Below are positions 40,101 through 51,439 of a stretch of 64,000 nucleotides of DNA, one piece after another. Positions within the stretch are counted from its first letter, which is position 1, and each line of letters starts with the position of its first letter. The notes beneath the pieces were generated by a model that saw nothing but the letters and a program-made list of their open reading frames with translations, had not been told where the DNA came from and ran no database searches. Both the position numbers and the translations under genes were made by a program. Location: assembly GCA_032718475.1 (NCBI GenBank), contig JAUCBJ010002686.1:36707-100706 (forward strand), read 5' to 3'. The DNA is from Nemertoderma westbladi. Its lineage: Eukaryota; Animalia; Xenacoelomorpha.

Positions 40101-43100
40101 GTTGTCTAGGTTTCTTTACATCCCGTGACTAACTCCCCCAACTTTTATTTGTTGTCTAGGTTTCTTACATCCCGTGACTAACTCCCCCAACTCCTCCTTG
40201 TTTTCTAGGTTTCCTGACATCCTGTGACTAACTCCCCCAACTTCTCCTTGTTGTCTAGGTTTCCTTACATCCCGTGACTAACTCCCCCAACTTATATTTG
40301 TTCTCTAGGTTTCCTTACATCCCGTGACTAACTCCCCCAACTTATATTTGTTCTCTAGGTTTCCTTACATCCCGTGACTAACTCCCCCCAACTTCTCCTT
40401 GTTGTCTAGGTTTCCTGACATCCTGTGACTAACTCCCCCCAACTTATCTTTGTTGTCTAGGTTTCTTGGTTCCGAGAGGGACATCCTGTGACTAACTCCC
40501 CCAACTTATCTTTATCGTCTAGGTTTCTTGGTTCCGAGAGGGACATCCTGTGACTAACTCCCCCAACTTATCTTTGTTGTCTAGGTTTCCTTACATCCCG
40601 TGACTAACTCCCCCCAACTTCTCCTTGTTGTCTAGGTTTCCTTACATCCCGTGACTAACTCCCCCAACTTCTCCTTGTTGTCTAGGTTTCTTACATCCCG
40701 CGACTAACTCCCCCCAACTTCTCCTTGTTGTCTAGGTTTCCTGACATCCTGTGACTAACTCCCCCAACTTCTCCTTGTTGTCTAGGTTTCCTTACATCCC
40801 GTGACTAACTCCCCCCAACTTCTCCTTGTTGTCTAGGTTTCCTTACATCCCGTGACTAACTCCCCCAACTTCTCCTTGTTGTCTAGGTTTCTTACATCCT
40901 GTGACAAACTCCCCCAACTTATCTTTGTTGTCTAGGTTTCCTTACATCCCGTGACTAACTCCCCCCAACTTCTCCTTGTTGTCTAGGTTTCCTGACATCC
41001 TGTGACTAACTCCCCCAACTTATCTTTGTTGTCTAGGTTTCTTTACATCCCGTGACTAACTCCCCCAACTTTTATTTGTTGTCTAGGTTTCTTACATCCC
41101 GTGACTAACTCCCCCAACTCCTCCTTGTTTTCTAGGTTTCCTGACATCCTGTGACTAACTCCCCCAACTTCTCCTTGTTGTCTAGGTTTCCTTACATCCC
41201 GTGACTAACTCCCCCAACTTATATTTGTTCTCTAGGTTTCCTTACATCCCGTGACTAACTCCCCCAACTTATATTTGTTCTCTAGGTTTCCTTACATCCC
41301 GTGACTAACTCCCCCAACTTCTCCTTGTTGTCTAGGTTTCCTGACATCCTGTGACAAACTCCCCCCAACTTATCTTTGTTGTATAGGTTTCCTTACATCC
41401 TGTGACAAACTCCCCCAACTTATCTTTGTTGTCTAGGTTTCCTTACATCCCGTGACTAACTCCCCCCAACTTCTCCTTGTTGTCTAGGTTTCCTGACATC
41501 CTGTGACTAACTCCCCCCAACTTATCTTTGTTGTCTAGGTTTCTTGGTTCCGAGAGGGACATCCTGTGACTAACTCCCCCAACTTATCTTTGTTGTCTAG
41601 GTTTCCTGACATCCTGTGACTAACTCCCCCCAACTTCTCCTTGTTGTCTAGGTTTCCTGACATCCTGTGACTAACTCCCCCCAACTTATCTTTGTTGTCT
41701 AGGTTTCTTGGTTCCGAGAGGGACATCCTGTGACTAACTCCCCCAACTTATCTTTGTTGTCTAGGTTTCCTTACATCCCGTGACTAACTCCCCCAACTTA
41801 TCTTTGTTGTCTAGGTTTCCTTACATCCCGTGACTAACTCCCCCCAACTTCTCCTTGTTGTCTAGGTTTCCTGACATCCTGTGACTAACTCCCCCCAACT
41901 TATCTTTGTTGTCTAGGTTTCTTGGTTCCGAGAGGGACATCCTGTGACTAACTCCCCCAACTTATCTTTGTTGTCTAGGTTTCCTGACATCCTGTGACTA
42001 ACTCCCCCAACTTATCTTTGTTGTCTAGGTTTCTTTACATCCCGTGACTAACTCCCCCAACTTTTATTTGTTGTCTAGGTTTCTTACATCCCGTGACTAA
42101 CTCCCCCAACTCCTCCTTGTTTTCTAGGTTTCCTGACATCCTGTGACTAACTCCCCCAACTTCTCCTTGTTGTCTAGGTTTCCTTACATCCCGTGACTAA
42201 CTCCCCCAACTTATATTTGTTCTCTAGGTTTCCTTACATCCCGTGACTAACTCCCCCAACTTATATTTGTTCTCTAGGTTTCCTTACATCCCGTGACTAA
42301 CTCCCCCCAACTTCTCCTTGTTGTCTAGATTTCCTGACATCCTGTGACTAACTCCCCCCAACTTATCTTTGTTGTCTAGGTTTCTTGGTTCCGAGAGGGA
42401 CATCCTGTGACTAACTCCCCCAACTTATCTTTATCGTCTAGGTTTCTTGGTTCCGAGAGGGACATCCTGTGACTAACTCCCCCAACTTATCTTTGTTGTC
42501 TAGGTTTCCTTACATCCCGTGACTAACTCCCCCCAACTTCTCCTTGTTGTCTAGGTTTCCTTACATCCCGTGACTAACTCCCCCAACTTCTCCTTGTTGT
42601 CTAGGTTTCTTACATCCCGCGACTAACTCCCCCCAACTTCTCCTTGTTGTCTAGGTTTCCTTACATCCCGTGACTATTTCCCCCAACTTCTCCTTGTTGT
42701 CTAGGTTTCCTTACATCCCGTGACTAACTCCCCCCAACTTCTCCTTGTTGTCTAGGTTTCCTGACATCCTGTGACTAACTCCCCAAACTTATCTTTGTTG
42801 TCTAGGTTTCCTGACATCCTGTGACTAACTCCCCCAACTTATCTTTGTTGTATAGGTTTCCTTACATCCCGTGACTAACTCCCCCCAACTTCTCCTTGTT
42901 GTCTAGGTTTCCTGACATCCTGTGACTAACTCCCCCAACTTCTCCTTGTTGTCTAGGTTTCCTGACATCCTGTGACTAACTCCCCCAACTTATCTTTGTT
43001 GTATAGGTTTCCTTACATCCTGTGACTAACTCCCCCCAACTTCTCCTTGTTGTCTAGGTTTCCTGACATCCTGTGACTAACTTCCCCAACTTATCTTTGT

Positions 43101-43428
43101 TGTCTAGGTTTCCTTACATCCCGTGACTAACTCCCCCAACTTATCTTTGTTGTCTAGGTTTCCTTACATCCCGTGACTAACTCCCCCCAACTTCTCCTTG
43201 TTGTCTAGGTTTCCTGACATCCTGTGACTAACTCCCCCCAACTTATCTTTGTTGTCTAGGTTTCCTTACATCCCGTGACTAACTCCCCCCAACTTCTCCT
43301 TGTTGTCTAGGTTTCTTCCCTATGACTAACTCCCCCGACTTCCTTGCGACTAACTCCCCCAACTTATCTTTAACGTCTAGGTTTCTTGGTTCCGAGAAGG
43401 ACATCCTGTGACTAACTCCCCCGACTTC
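34128..43428 (+). repeat. ~9.3-kb compound tandem array (~19-, 50- and 59-80-bp units) derived from the acceptor and 5' end of exon 43381; ~1.9-kb higher-order period
   Basis: Units GTGACTAACTCCCCCAACTTCTCCTTGTTGTCTAGGTTTCCTTACATCCC and ...TTAACGTCTAGGTTTCTTGGTTCCGAGAAGGACATCCT. Identical ORF-track peptides at 39616 and 41535 give a 1919-bp offset. Confidence 0.97.
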
Positions 43429-43561
43429 CGTTTGTTGTCTCACGGCGACTCCCACGCACTGGTTATACGAGAGGCCTACCCTGAAGATTCTGGCAAAATA
43501 TCCTGTGTCATTTCCAACGCAGCCGGGGAATCTTCCTGTGTCGGCCAACTAATAGTTAAAG
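43381..43561 (+). CDS. TTN: Titin-like exon, C-part of Ig domain
   Basis: gtctag|GTTTCTTGG ... AAAG|gtaatc; phase 0-1; VSWFREGHPVTNSPDFRLL...AYPEDSGKISC completes the domain begun at 33214. Confidence 0.9.
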
Positions 43562-43747
43562 GTAATCGAACTTCAATAAAACATTACTGCGAGTTGTAGC
43601 TGTTGTGGTAATTAATTCATTTGCACAACGTCTACAGACTTGGGATATACTTTTTGGTTAAAATTTGGTATTTTTTAGTAAAATATTGGAACTTTTCCGC
43701 AATGAAGTAAATATTAATTGTGGATCATGTTAAGCGAAATCTTAACA

Positions 43748-44200
43748 TGTCTGTGTTTGCTTGTCTGTTATTGGATTGTCTCTGTTTGTTCGTCTTTCTG
43801 TCTCTGTGTGTTTGCTTGTCTGTTGTCTCTGTTTGTTTGTCTTTCTGTCTCTGTGTGTTTGCTTGTCTGTTGTCTCTGTTTGTTTGTCTTTCTGTCTCTG
43901 TGTGTTTGCTTGTCTGTTGTCTCTTTTTGTTTGTCTTTCTGTCTCTGTGTGTTTGCTTGTCTGTTGTCTCTGTTTGTTTGTCTTTCTGTTTCTGTGTGTT
44001 TGCTTGTCTGTTGTCTCTGTTTGTTTGTCTTTCTGTCTCTGTGTGTTTGCTTGTCTGTTGTCTCTGTTTGTTTGTCTTTCTGTCTCTGTGTGTTTGCTTG
44101 TCTGTTGTCTCTGTTTGTTTGTCTTTCTGTCTCTGTGTGTTTGCTTGTCTGTTGTCTCTGTTTGTTTGTCTTTCTGTCTCTGTGTGTTTCTCTGTCTGTC
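43748..44200 (+). repeat. 47-bp UG/UC-rich minisatellite with an adenine-free unit, ~9 copies
   Basis: Unit GTCTCTGTTTGTTTGTCTTTCTGTCTCTGTGTGTTTGCTTGTCTGTT. Confidence 0.93.
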
Positions 44201-44287
44201 TATTTCATTTATTTTATTCTATTCGGCCCGGTCGGCCAATCGGCCGTACTCTACATTATTTTATATTTAACTATTTTCGATACATAG

Positions 44288-44485
44288 ATAGCGGCGCTAT
44301 TAGTGGTACCGAAGCCCCGCCCGAAGCCCCCACAATAACCCAGTCGTTAATGGATATCCATCGATCACCCGGCGCCAACGTTCGATTAGTATGTGGCTGT
44401 AAAGGTTCTCCGAAACCGCAAGTCGCCTGGTTCAAAAACCACAATAAATTAAAACACGGAACCAAATTTAAAATATACGAAGAAG
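44288..44485 (+). CDS. TTN: Titin-like exon, N-half of Ig domain
   Basis: acatag|ATAGC ... AGAAG|gttagt; phase 1-1. Confidence 0.88.
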
Positions 44486-44706
44486 GTTAGTATTATGAGG
44501 CACATAAGTAATATATTGTGTAATAATAATTATATTTATACAGACCTATCAAAGTATCTAAAAGCTTATTTTTGGCAGGTAATTGTTTCTATCCCATATT
44601 CCATAGTTTACATGACTTAGCTGAGATATTGTATTTTATATTTTCACTTAGTTTGTATGTAGCGAAGAGATTCCGAACGATTGATTTGTAATTATTATAT
44701 TTTCAG

Positions 44707-44826
44707 GCAAACAGCACGTCTTAATGGTAAATAACTCAAGCATCGCCGATAGTGGGGAATTTATGGCGCGATTCACAAATCCATTAGGTCAAGATGAAAC
44801 TCAGTGTTCACTTATAGTAGATGAAA
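44707..44826 (+). CDS. TTN: Titin-like exon, C-half of Ig domain
   Basis: tttcag|GCAAA ... GAAA|gttagt; phase 1-1; HVLMVNNSSIADSGEFMARFTN. Confidence 0.85.
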
Positions 44827-45109
44827 GTTAGTTCGCATGTCCAATCGTTTAATATTTAATATTGTTGATATTTATCTCTTGTCAGAAAGAAATATAATAG
44901 AAAGAAATTAATTATTTATATTAATAGATTAAACATCTTTTTTCCAGCTCCTATAAGGATATTTTAGCGTTCATAATATATTATTATAGTGCTTAGTGTA
45001 AGTGCATGGTGTCTGGGCTGTATATTTGGTGCGCATCTGATATCGGAAGAGCCTACTGGCCGTGATCTCAAATCATCCTAATTTATTTTCTACATTTATA
45101 ATTTTCCAG

Positions 45110-45232
45110 GCAATGTGACGGCAGTTAGTGACTCATCTAGTCAGCCACCAGTAGCAGTCCAACCACTTTCCGATGTCTCTGTTATGGAGGGAAAACCGGC
45201 AACCTTTTCATGTTTAATACAAGGCAGACCAG
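45110..45232 (+). CDS. TTN: Titin-like exon, N-part of Ig domain
   Basis: ttccag|GCAAT ... ACCAG|gtaaat; phase 1-1; PLSDVSVMEGKPATFSCLIQGRP. Confidence 0.88.
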
Positions 45233-46722
45233 GTAAATTGTAACACTTTGGATACACGGCAGACCAGGTAAATTGTAACACTTTGGATACAAGGCAGACA
45301 AGGTAAGTTATAACACTTTGGAAACAAGGCAGACCAGGTAAGTTGTAACACTTTGGATATAAGGCAGACTAGGTAAGTTGCGACACTTTGGATATAAGGC
45401 AGACAAGGTAAGTTGTAACACTTTGGATACAAGGCAGACAAGGTAAGTTGTAACACTTTGGATACAAGGCAGACAAGGTAAGTTGTAACACTTTGGATAT
45501 AAGGCAGACAAGGTAAGTTGTAACACTTTGGATATAAGGCAGACAAGGTAAGTTGTAACACTTTGGATATAAGGCAGACAAGGTAAGTTGTAACACTTTG
45601 GATACAAGGCAGACAAGGTAAGTTGTAACACTTTGGATATAAGGCAGACAAGGTAAGTTGTAACACTTTGGATACAAGGCAGACAAGGTAAGTTGTAACA
45701 CTTTGGATATAAGGCAGACAAGGTAAGTTGTAACACTTTGGATATAAGGCAGACAAGGTAAGTTGTAACACTTTGGATACAAGGCAGACAAGGTAAGTTG
45801 TAACACTTTGGATACAAGGCAGACAAGGTAAGTTGTAACACTTTGGATACAAGGCAGACAAGGTAAGTTGTAACACTTTGGATATAAGGCAGACTAGGTA
45901 AGTTGTAACACTTTGGATACAAGGCAGACAAGGTAAGTTGTAACACTTTGGATACAAGGCAGACAAGGTAAGTTGTAACACTTTGGATACAAGGCAGACA
46001 AGGTAAGTTGTAACACTTTGGATACAAGGCAGACAAGGTAAGTTGTAACACTTTGGATACAAGGCAGACAAGGTAAGTTGTAACACTTTGGATACAAGGC
46101 AGACAAGGTAAGTTGTAACACTTTGGATATAAGGCAGACAAGGTAAGTTGTAACACTTTGGATACAAGGCAGACAAGGTAAGTTGTAACACTTTGGATAC
46201 AAGGCAGACAAGGTAAGTTATAACACTTTGGAAACAAGGCAGACCAGGTAAGTTGTAACACTTTGGATATAAGGCAGACTAGGTAAGTTGCAACACTTTG
46301 GATACAAGGCAGACAAGGTAAGTTATAACACTTTGGAAACAAGGCATACAAGGTAAGTTGTAACACTTTGGATACAAGGCAGACAAGGTAAGTTGTAACA
46401 CGTTGGATATAAGGCAGACCAGGTAAGTTGTAACACTTTGGATACAAGGCAGACAAGGTAAGTTGTAACACTTTGGATATAAGGCAGACAAGGTAAGTTG
46501 TAACACTTTGGATACAAGGCAGACAAGGTAAGTTGTAACACTTTGGATATAAGGCAGACTAGGTAAGTTGCAACACTTTGGATACACGGCAGACAAGGTA
46601 AGTTATAACACTTTGGAAACAAGGCAGACCAGGTAAGTTGTAACACTTTGGATACAAGGCAGACAAGGTAAGTTGTAACACTTTGGGTATAAGGCAGACA
46701 AGGTAAGTTGTAACACTTTGGA
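45217..46722 (+). repeat. 35-bp tandem array (~43 copies) duplicating the exon 3' end and splice donor
   Basis: Unit CAAGGCAGACAAG|GTAAGTTGTAACACTTTGGATA; the first unit overlaps the coding exon end. Confidence 0.97.
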
Positions 46723-47500
46723 TTGTAACGCTTATTTTTGAAATTGATACATTTCATAAATTAGACCGACAGGCTGACTTACAGGTTATATTTATAACAA
46801 TTTGTTCTGGTTCCGGACACTAATTGACACGCTCCACATTATATTTCCCAACCAAACTTACCTACTTTCCAACCAACAGGCAACGGATGAGTGTATTTTA
46901 TTTATTACTATGCATTAGAGCGATGTAATTATCCTTATTATATGCGATACCGGTCGCCGTTTGTAAAGTTAACGAGAAACTCATCTTCGCCGCATCCTGC
47001 AACCTTCCTGTTTAGCTGTCGGGGGCTGGCTGGGTCGATAACAATGATTAACTCTTATTATTTGCTTTCCTAAAATTATATTTGTAAAGAAATTCAATTT
47101 ATTTTCACCATTTATATTTCATGATTGTAATTTATTATGCCTTGGAAATGCCATTTCAAGTTCGAAGGTTGATTGTCATATGAACTATGAGGGTTTGGTT
47201 TGTTTGTAGTTGAATCTACTCCAAACATAACAGAACCCTGAATAAATTCCAAAATTATAAAAGCCCGAAAGCCACTTATTAAGATGGACATTTTCAAGTT
47301 TTAAAAACGATTCCTGCGGTTTCCAATTAAATTAATGGAATTAATCATGTTTGAGAGAAGCTTTTCTGTCTGCTTACTACCTTTGGCTTAGCCCAGGTTA
47401 TATTGAAACTGAAATCCGCTTTAGACAAACTGACAGACAGGCAGCCTGTCAATAACAATTGTTTAATAATTAATTAATTAAATATTTCGTTGTGTTGCAG

Positions 47501-47692
47501 AACCGGAAATTATTTGGACTGTTAACGGTAACCGGATCCGACCTTCGAAGTATTTCCGGATTAACCGGACACCGGACGGGACGTGTCGGCTTCATCTGTC
47601 GGAATGTTTCCCGGAAGACTCCGGACAGTATGTATGCGAGGCGCGGAATACCGCCGGAGTTGCCAGTACTGCTGGTTTCCTAACAGTGGAAG
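47501..47692 (+). CDS. TTN: Titin-like exon, C-part of Ig domain (frame stays open to 47895)
   Basis: ttgcag|AACCG ... GGAAG|gtacga; phase 1-1; IRPSKYFRI...CFPEDSGQYVCEARN. Confidence 0.88.
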
Positions 47693-48091
47693 GTACGAAG
47701 GTTAACCCTAGTCGCGGAAACTTTGCGAAGCGACCAGCCAATACCGTAGCAGTTGGGTCACGTAGGGAGGTTAATGTTGTCTGTAGTGTGCAGCATTCAG
47801 AGAGTACCGGTAGGGTCGAGTCGAGCAGTACTAGTGTGAGGAAGTTTAGTTTATCTGGAGGGAAACTGAAAGAGAAACCAGTAAGTAGCAGTTAAGTATA
47901 ATCGTGTTGGCTATCTGAGATGGACGACTTTAATGCAATATTGCATCCGGGGCATCCGGCAATCTGTAATAACTGGAACTGCTGCTTCTGGTGTTTGTGT
48001 TAGCTCATGGACTTCTAGAACATTAATTAATACCTGGATTATAAACATTTCTTAATAATATACAATGTAAATGTTTAGAGACATCCCTCTT

Positions 48092-48420
48092 TACGGAGCC
48101 CCAAATAAGACATGAAATCCTATTTTTTTCACTTTTAGTATGCATGTCCGATATCTCAATAAATTGAGGTCGAGAGTGTCGGATGAAAGACCCTTCTGCG
48201 TTGGCTGATTGCGGTCGATTATTTCCATTTTTTCAATCACCCAGGTGAAAAACATTTATCACCCGGGTGAAAAACATAAAAAAATGGAAATAATTGGCCG
48301 CAATCAGCCAACGTAGAAGTGTCTTACATCCGACACTCTCGACCTCAATATATTGAGATATCGGACATGCATACTAAAGTGAAAAAAAATAGGATTTCAG
48401 GTCTTATTTTGGGCTCCGTA
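48092..48420. mobile_element. MITE / non-autonomous DNA transposon with ~140-bp terminal inverted repeats and flanking TA
   Basis: TACGGAGCCCCAAATAAGACATGAAATCC... is mirrored by ...GGATTTCAGGTCTTATTTTGGGCTCCGTA; the centre has a 20-bp direct duplication. Confidence 0.88.
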
Positions 48421-51032
48421 GCCCCCCCCCCCCCCCCCCCCCCCTTCCCCTTACAGAACAAGTTGAGCTCTACCATCCACACCTCACCACTAAATTTAGC
48501 TTTACCTTCAAATATGTAGGCCTAAATATCCGTGAGGATTTTGTGGCCAACTGTAATGTTTACTTGAGGAACAGCAACCACTTGTGCCAAAACGAGAAAG
48601 TCAGTAATTAATGAATTATTATTGCAGGACGTTTTCGGTATTTATTAATTAAATGTCTTCCCTTCACTCTTCACTGCACAAATAAAACCTCTCCGTAGTA
48701 AATAGGTAGCAGAAACTCCTTAACGAACCCGCTACATCGCCCCGGTAAACATGTTTTTAATATTTTCTTTGATTCGTTACGGTTCGGTAGCGGGAATTTA
48801 CGAAACCCCGTTGTGCCCTGTATGCAGCTGACCGCCTTCACTTGTTTTCCATCGTAAAGACTAATACTTTTGTGCTCTCATGAAAACCCGGTACAACCAT
48901 GTTTTTATAATAAATACGTTCTGGAAATGATATGGGATAGGTACCCCCTCATATAGGCGAAGAATTATTTAAAACAAAGACAATCATGTAATCCTGTATC
49001 CGTGATCCTTCCTGTATTATTTTAATAGTTACTTTCGTACTCAGCATTGCTCATAAAGTACCACTTTATAGATTTCCGGTACGAGATGACGATACGAGGC
49101 AGTGCTAGTAATGACTGAACTGTATTGTATTGTTTTATTTACTTTGTACCCGCATATAAAATAATTCCGAGAACAGATAATATTTATTAAGCAGAGTTAC
49201 CAATACAACTTAACGAGCTTTCCAGATAATTATTATTATATTAAACTGCTGGTTCAATGCACACGCAGTTTGTTGTTAAATCTTTGACCATGTGGATATA
49301 CGTAGCTGCAAAACAATTAAACAATTATTTATTCTTATGCCATATGATAGATAAACTAATGAAAAGTTTACAATCCTAGGATGATTAAAATTCTATAAAT
49401 CCATGAACTCGCTACATACAGTACGTGTAGCGTATTGGTAAACTGTGATTGTTCGAAATACTACTGAAACTAGGCCTAGTGCAGTTTATTAGTTGATGTT
49501 TTTAGTAACCGTTTATGTAACCATGGTAAATGTATTGTCTTTTATTATGTATTTGAGTAGAATTAGGCAGCTACCCCAGCTTAATTAATATTTATTATTT
49601 ATAATTATAATATGATTGGCTAATTGGTTTTTAATGTTTATGCAACTTAGACCTCGTGTAATTTCGTAACAGCACTGATATGTGCATAGGTTCTACCATT
49701 TTTTTGTTGTTGTAATAATAATTACCGTTCATATTATTGGGGCTAACGCTATGTTGTGGACTGTGTATTTATATTTTAGTTAGTTGTCTACGTTATTGAC
49801 GGAGTTTTTATGTTTTTTGGACAGTTAACCGGTATAACTGTTGGAACAATATAAATATTTCATTCGGTGCATTAATCGAATTTCGTAAACTTATTTGCCC
49901 ACTGTAACGCCACACATCATCACTAATGACTATCTGTCAGTCATTCTGCTGAGTGTTAATGTGTCACAATATTATATCAATTGGATATTTTGTAGCAGGT
50001 GTTGTAGTGCTTTTGAATTTCTATTTTGACATGCAATATATACAAGGAATATCCTACGCTCCAAATTTTATTATTCGGTTCATGTTTCTGTTACAAAGGC
50101 GAGTGATAAGATATCTGCTGAAAGGGGTGTGGGTTGGTTTAATTTATTAGCTGGTCTGGGAGGAGGTGATAATTCTAATGACTATCAAATATTATCTGTG
50201 TCTTTCAGCTGGTGAGCCGTGCTTATGATTCATTAACTTACATCTATCTGATATCGTGTGCCTTCTTGCCTTTACCAGTTTGGAGCCTAGTTTCAATCCT
50301 ATCCAATAGCGAGTGGGGCAGTGCAGCCGATACCCCAGAGGTGATTCAACTGTTATACGATATAAGTGACCCCTGACCTGACCAGAGAGAGCAGGGGAGA
50401 ATACCCTTTCTGCGATTCTGGACAATATAATACCCTATTAATTGGAATTGAGACGTTACGAGATCTATTTGGCACCATAAAAGATGTTCTGGCAAGATAA
50501 ACACACAAACTTTATTTCGCTTAAGGGTCTTCCCTTGGTCACTCCTTGACAAAAAGTTTAAAAATTACCCATCATGCATTGCAAGTAAACAAGAAGCTTT
50601 CGTATTGGTGGAAGTACAACTTACGGGTTGAGTTTACTAGGAGGGGAGTCCAATTATTTTGGTGTTAAAACATGATTTTGAGACGTTGATTTAAGTCACC
50701 AGGAGGGAAGCATGCAAACTGGTGGTGGTTGACCGACAGATTATATTCGTCTGTCTCCACGTTTTTACTTTGCCCCAGTCAGGCAGTGCAGGCCTGTAGT
50801 CTGTTTCCTATAATTACGCCCTGCTGACTCTAGCCTAGTGTTGGGTTGGTAGGCCTACAACACTGTGTATAATATGAAACCAACCCATCCTAACAGATTC
50901 ACTTTTGTATGACCACTGTAGTTTAGTTCAGTTATAAATATATTTCGATAAAATAATATGTTATAGATATCCCCCCCCCCCCCCCCCCCCGGGGTGTTCT
51001 CGATGTATAACTACATATTATGTACATTTCAG

Positions 51033-51202
51033 CTGCGGACCGCGGCGCCGGTGATAAACCATTCTTTGTACGAAGTCTCCGTAAATGCGAAGTGATGGAA
51101 GGCGAACCGGCCCAGTTTGAGGTTCAGGTGTCTGGCCAACCAGAGCCGGAAATACAGTGGCTAAGGAATAATGTGCAACTTTATCACTCACATGATATAG
51201 AG
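51033..51202 (+). CDS. TTN: Titin-like exon, N-half of Ig domain
   Basis: tttcag|CTGCG ... TAGAG|gtaaat; phase 1-0. Confidence 0.9.
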
Positions 51203-51309
51203 GTAAATTATACAATATTGTATTTATCTAAAATTTAGCATGGATATTACTAAATGATTATAATCAACTACAGGATTTTATCACTATCAGACAGTTTATT
51301 TTGTTTCAG

Positions 51310-51439
51310 ATATCCCGCCAGGGTGATATTTACAGACTAGTGGTTCCGGAGGCCTACCCAGACGATGCTGGTAAAATAGTCTGTGTAGCTAAAAATATTG
51401 CCGGACAGGCCCAGTGCAGTGCGCCGTTAATAGTACGAG
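51310..51439 (+). CDS. TTN: Titin-like exon, C-half of Ig domain
   Basis: tttcag|ATATC ... CGAG|gttagt; phase 0-1; YRLVVPEAYPDDAGKIVC. Confidence 0.9.

Noticed and set aside
43718-44270. Hydrophobic Cys/Val/Leu ORFs in three frames
   Set aside because: An A-free repeat cannot contain stops; only 44288-44485 is a real exon.
26474-46722. CRISPR-like appearance of the regular arrays
   Set aside because: Units are head-to-tail with no unique spacers, there are no cas genes, and the context is eukaryotic introns.
45214-46757. Long - strand Cys/Leu-rich ORFs (325 and 387 aa)
   Set aside because: By-product of a stop-poor 35-bp tandem repeat, open in several frames.
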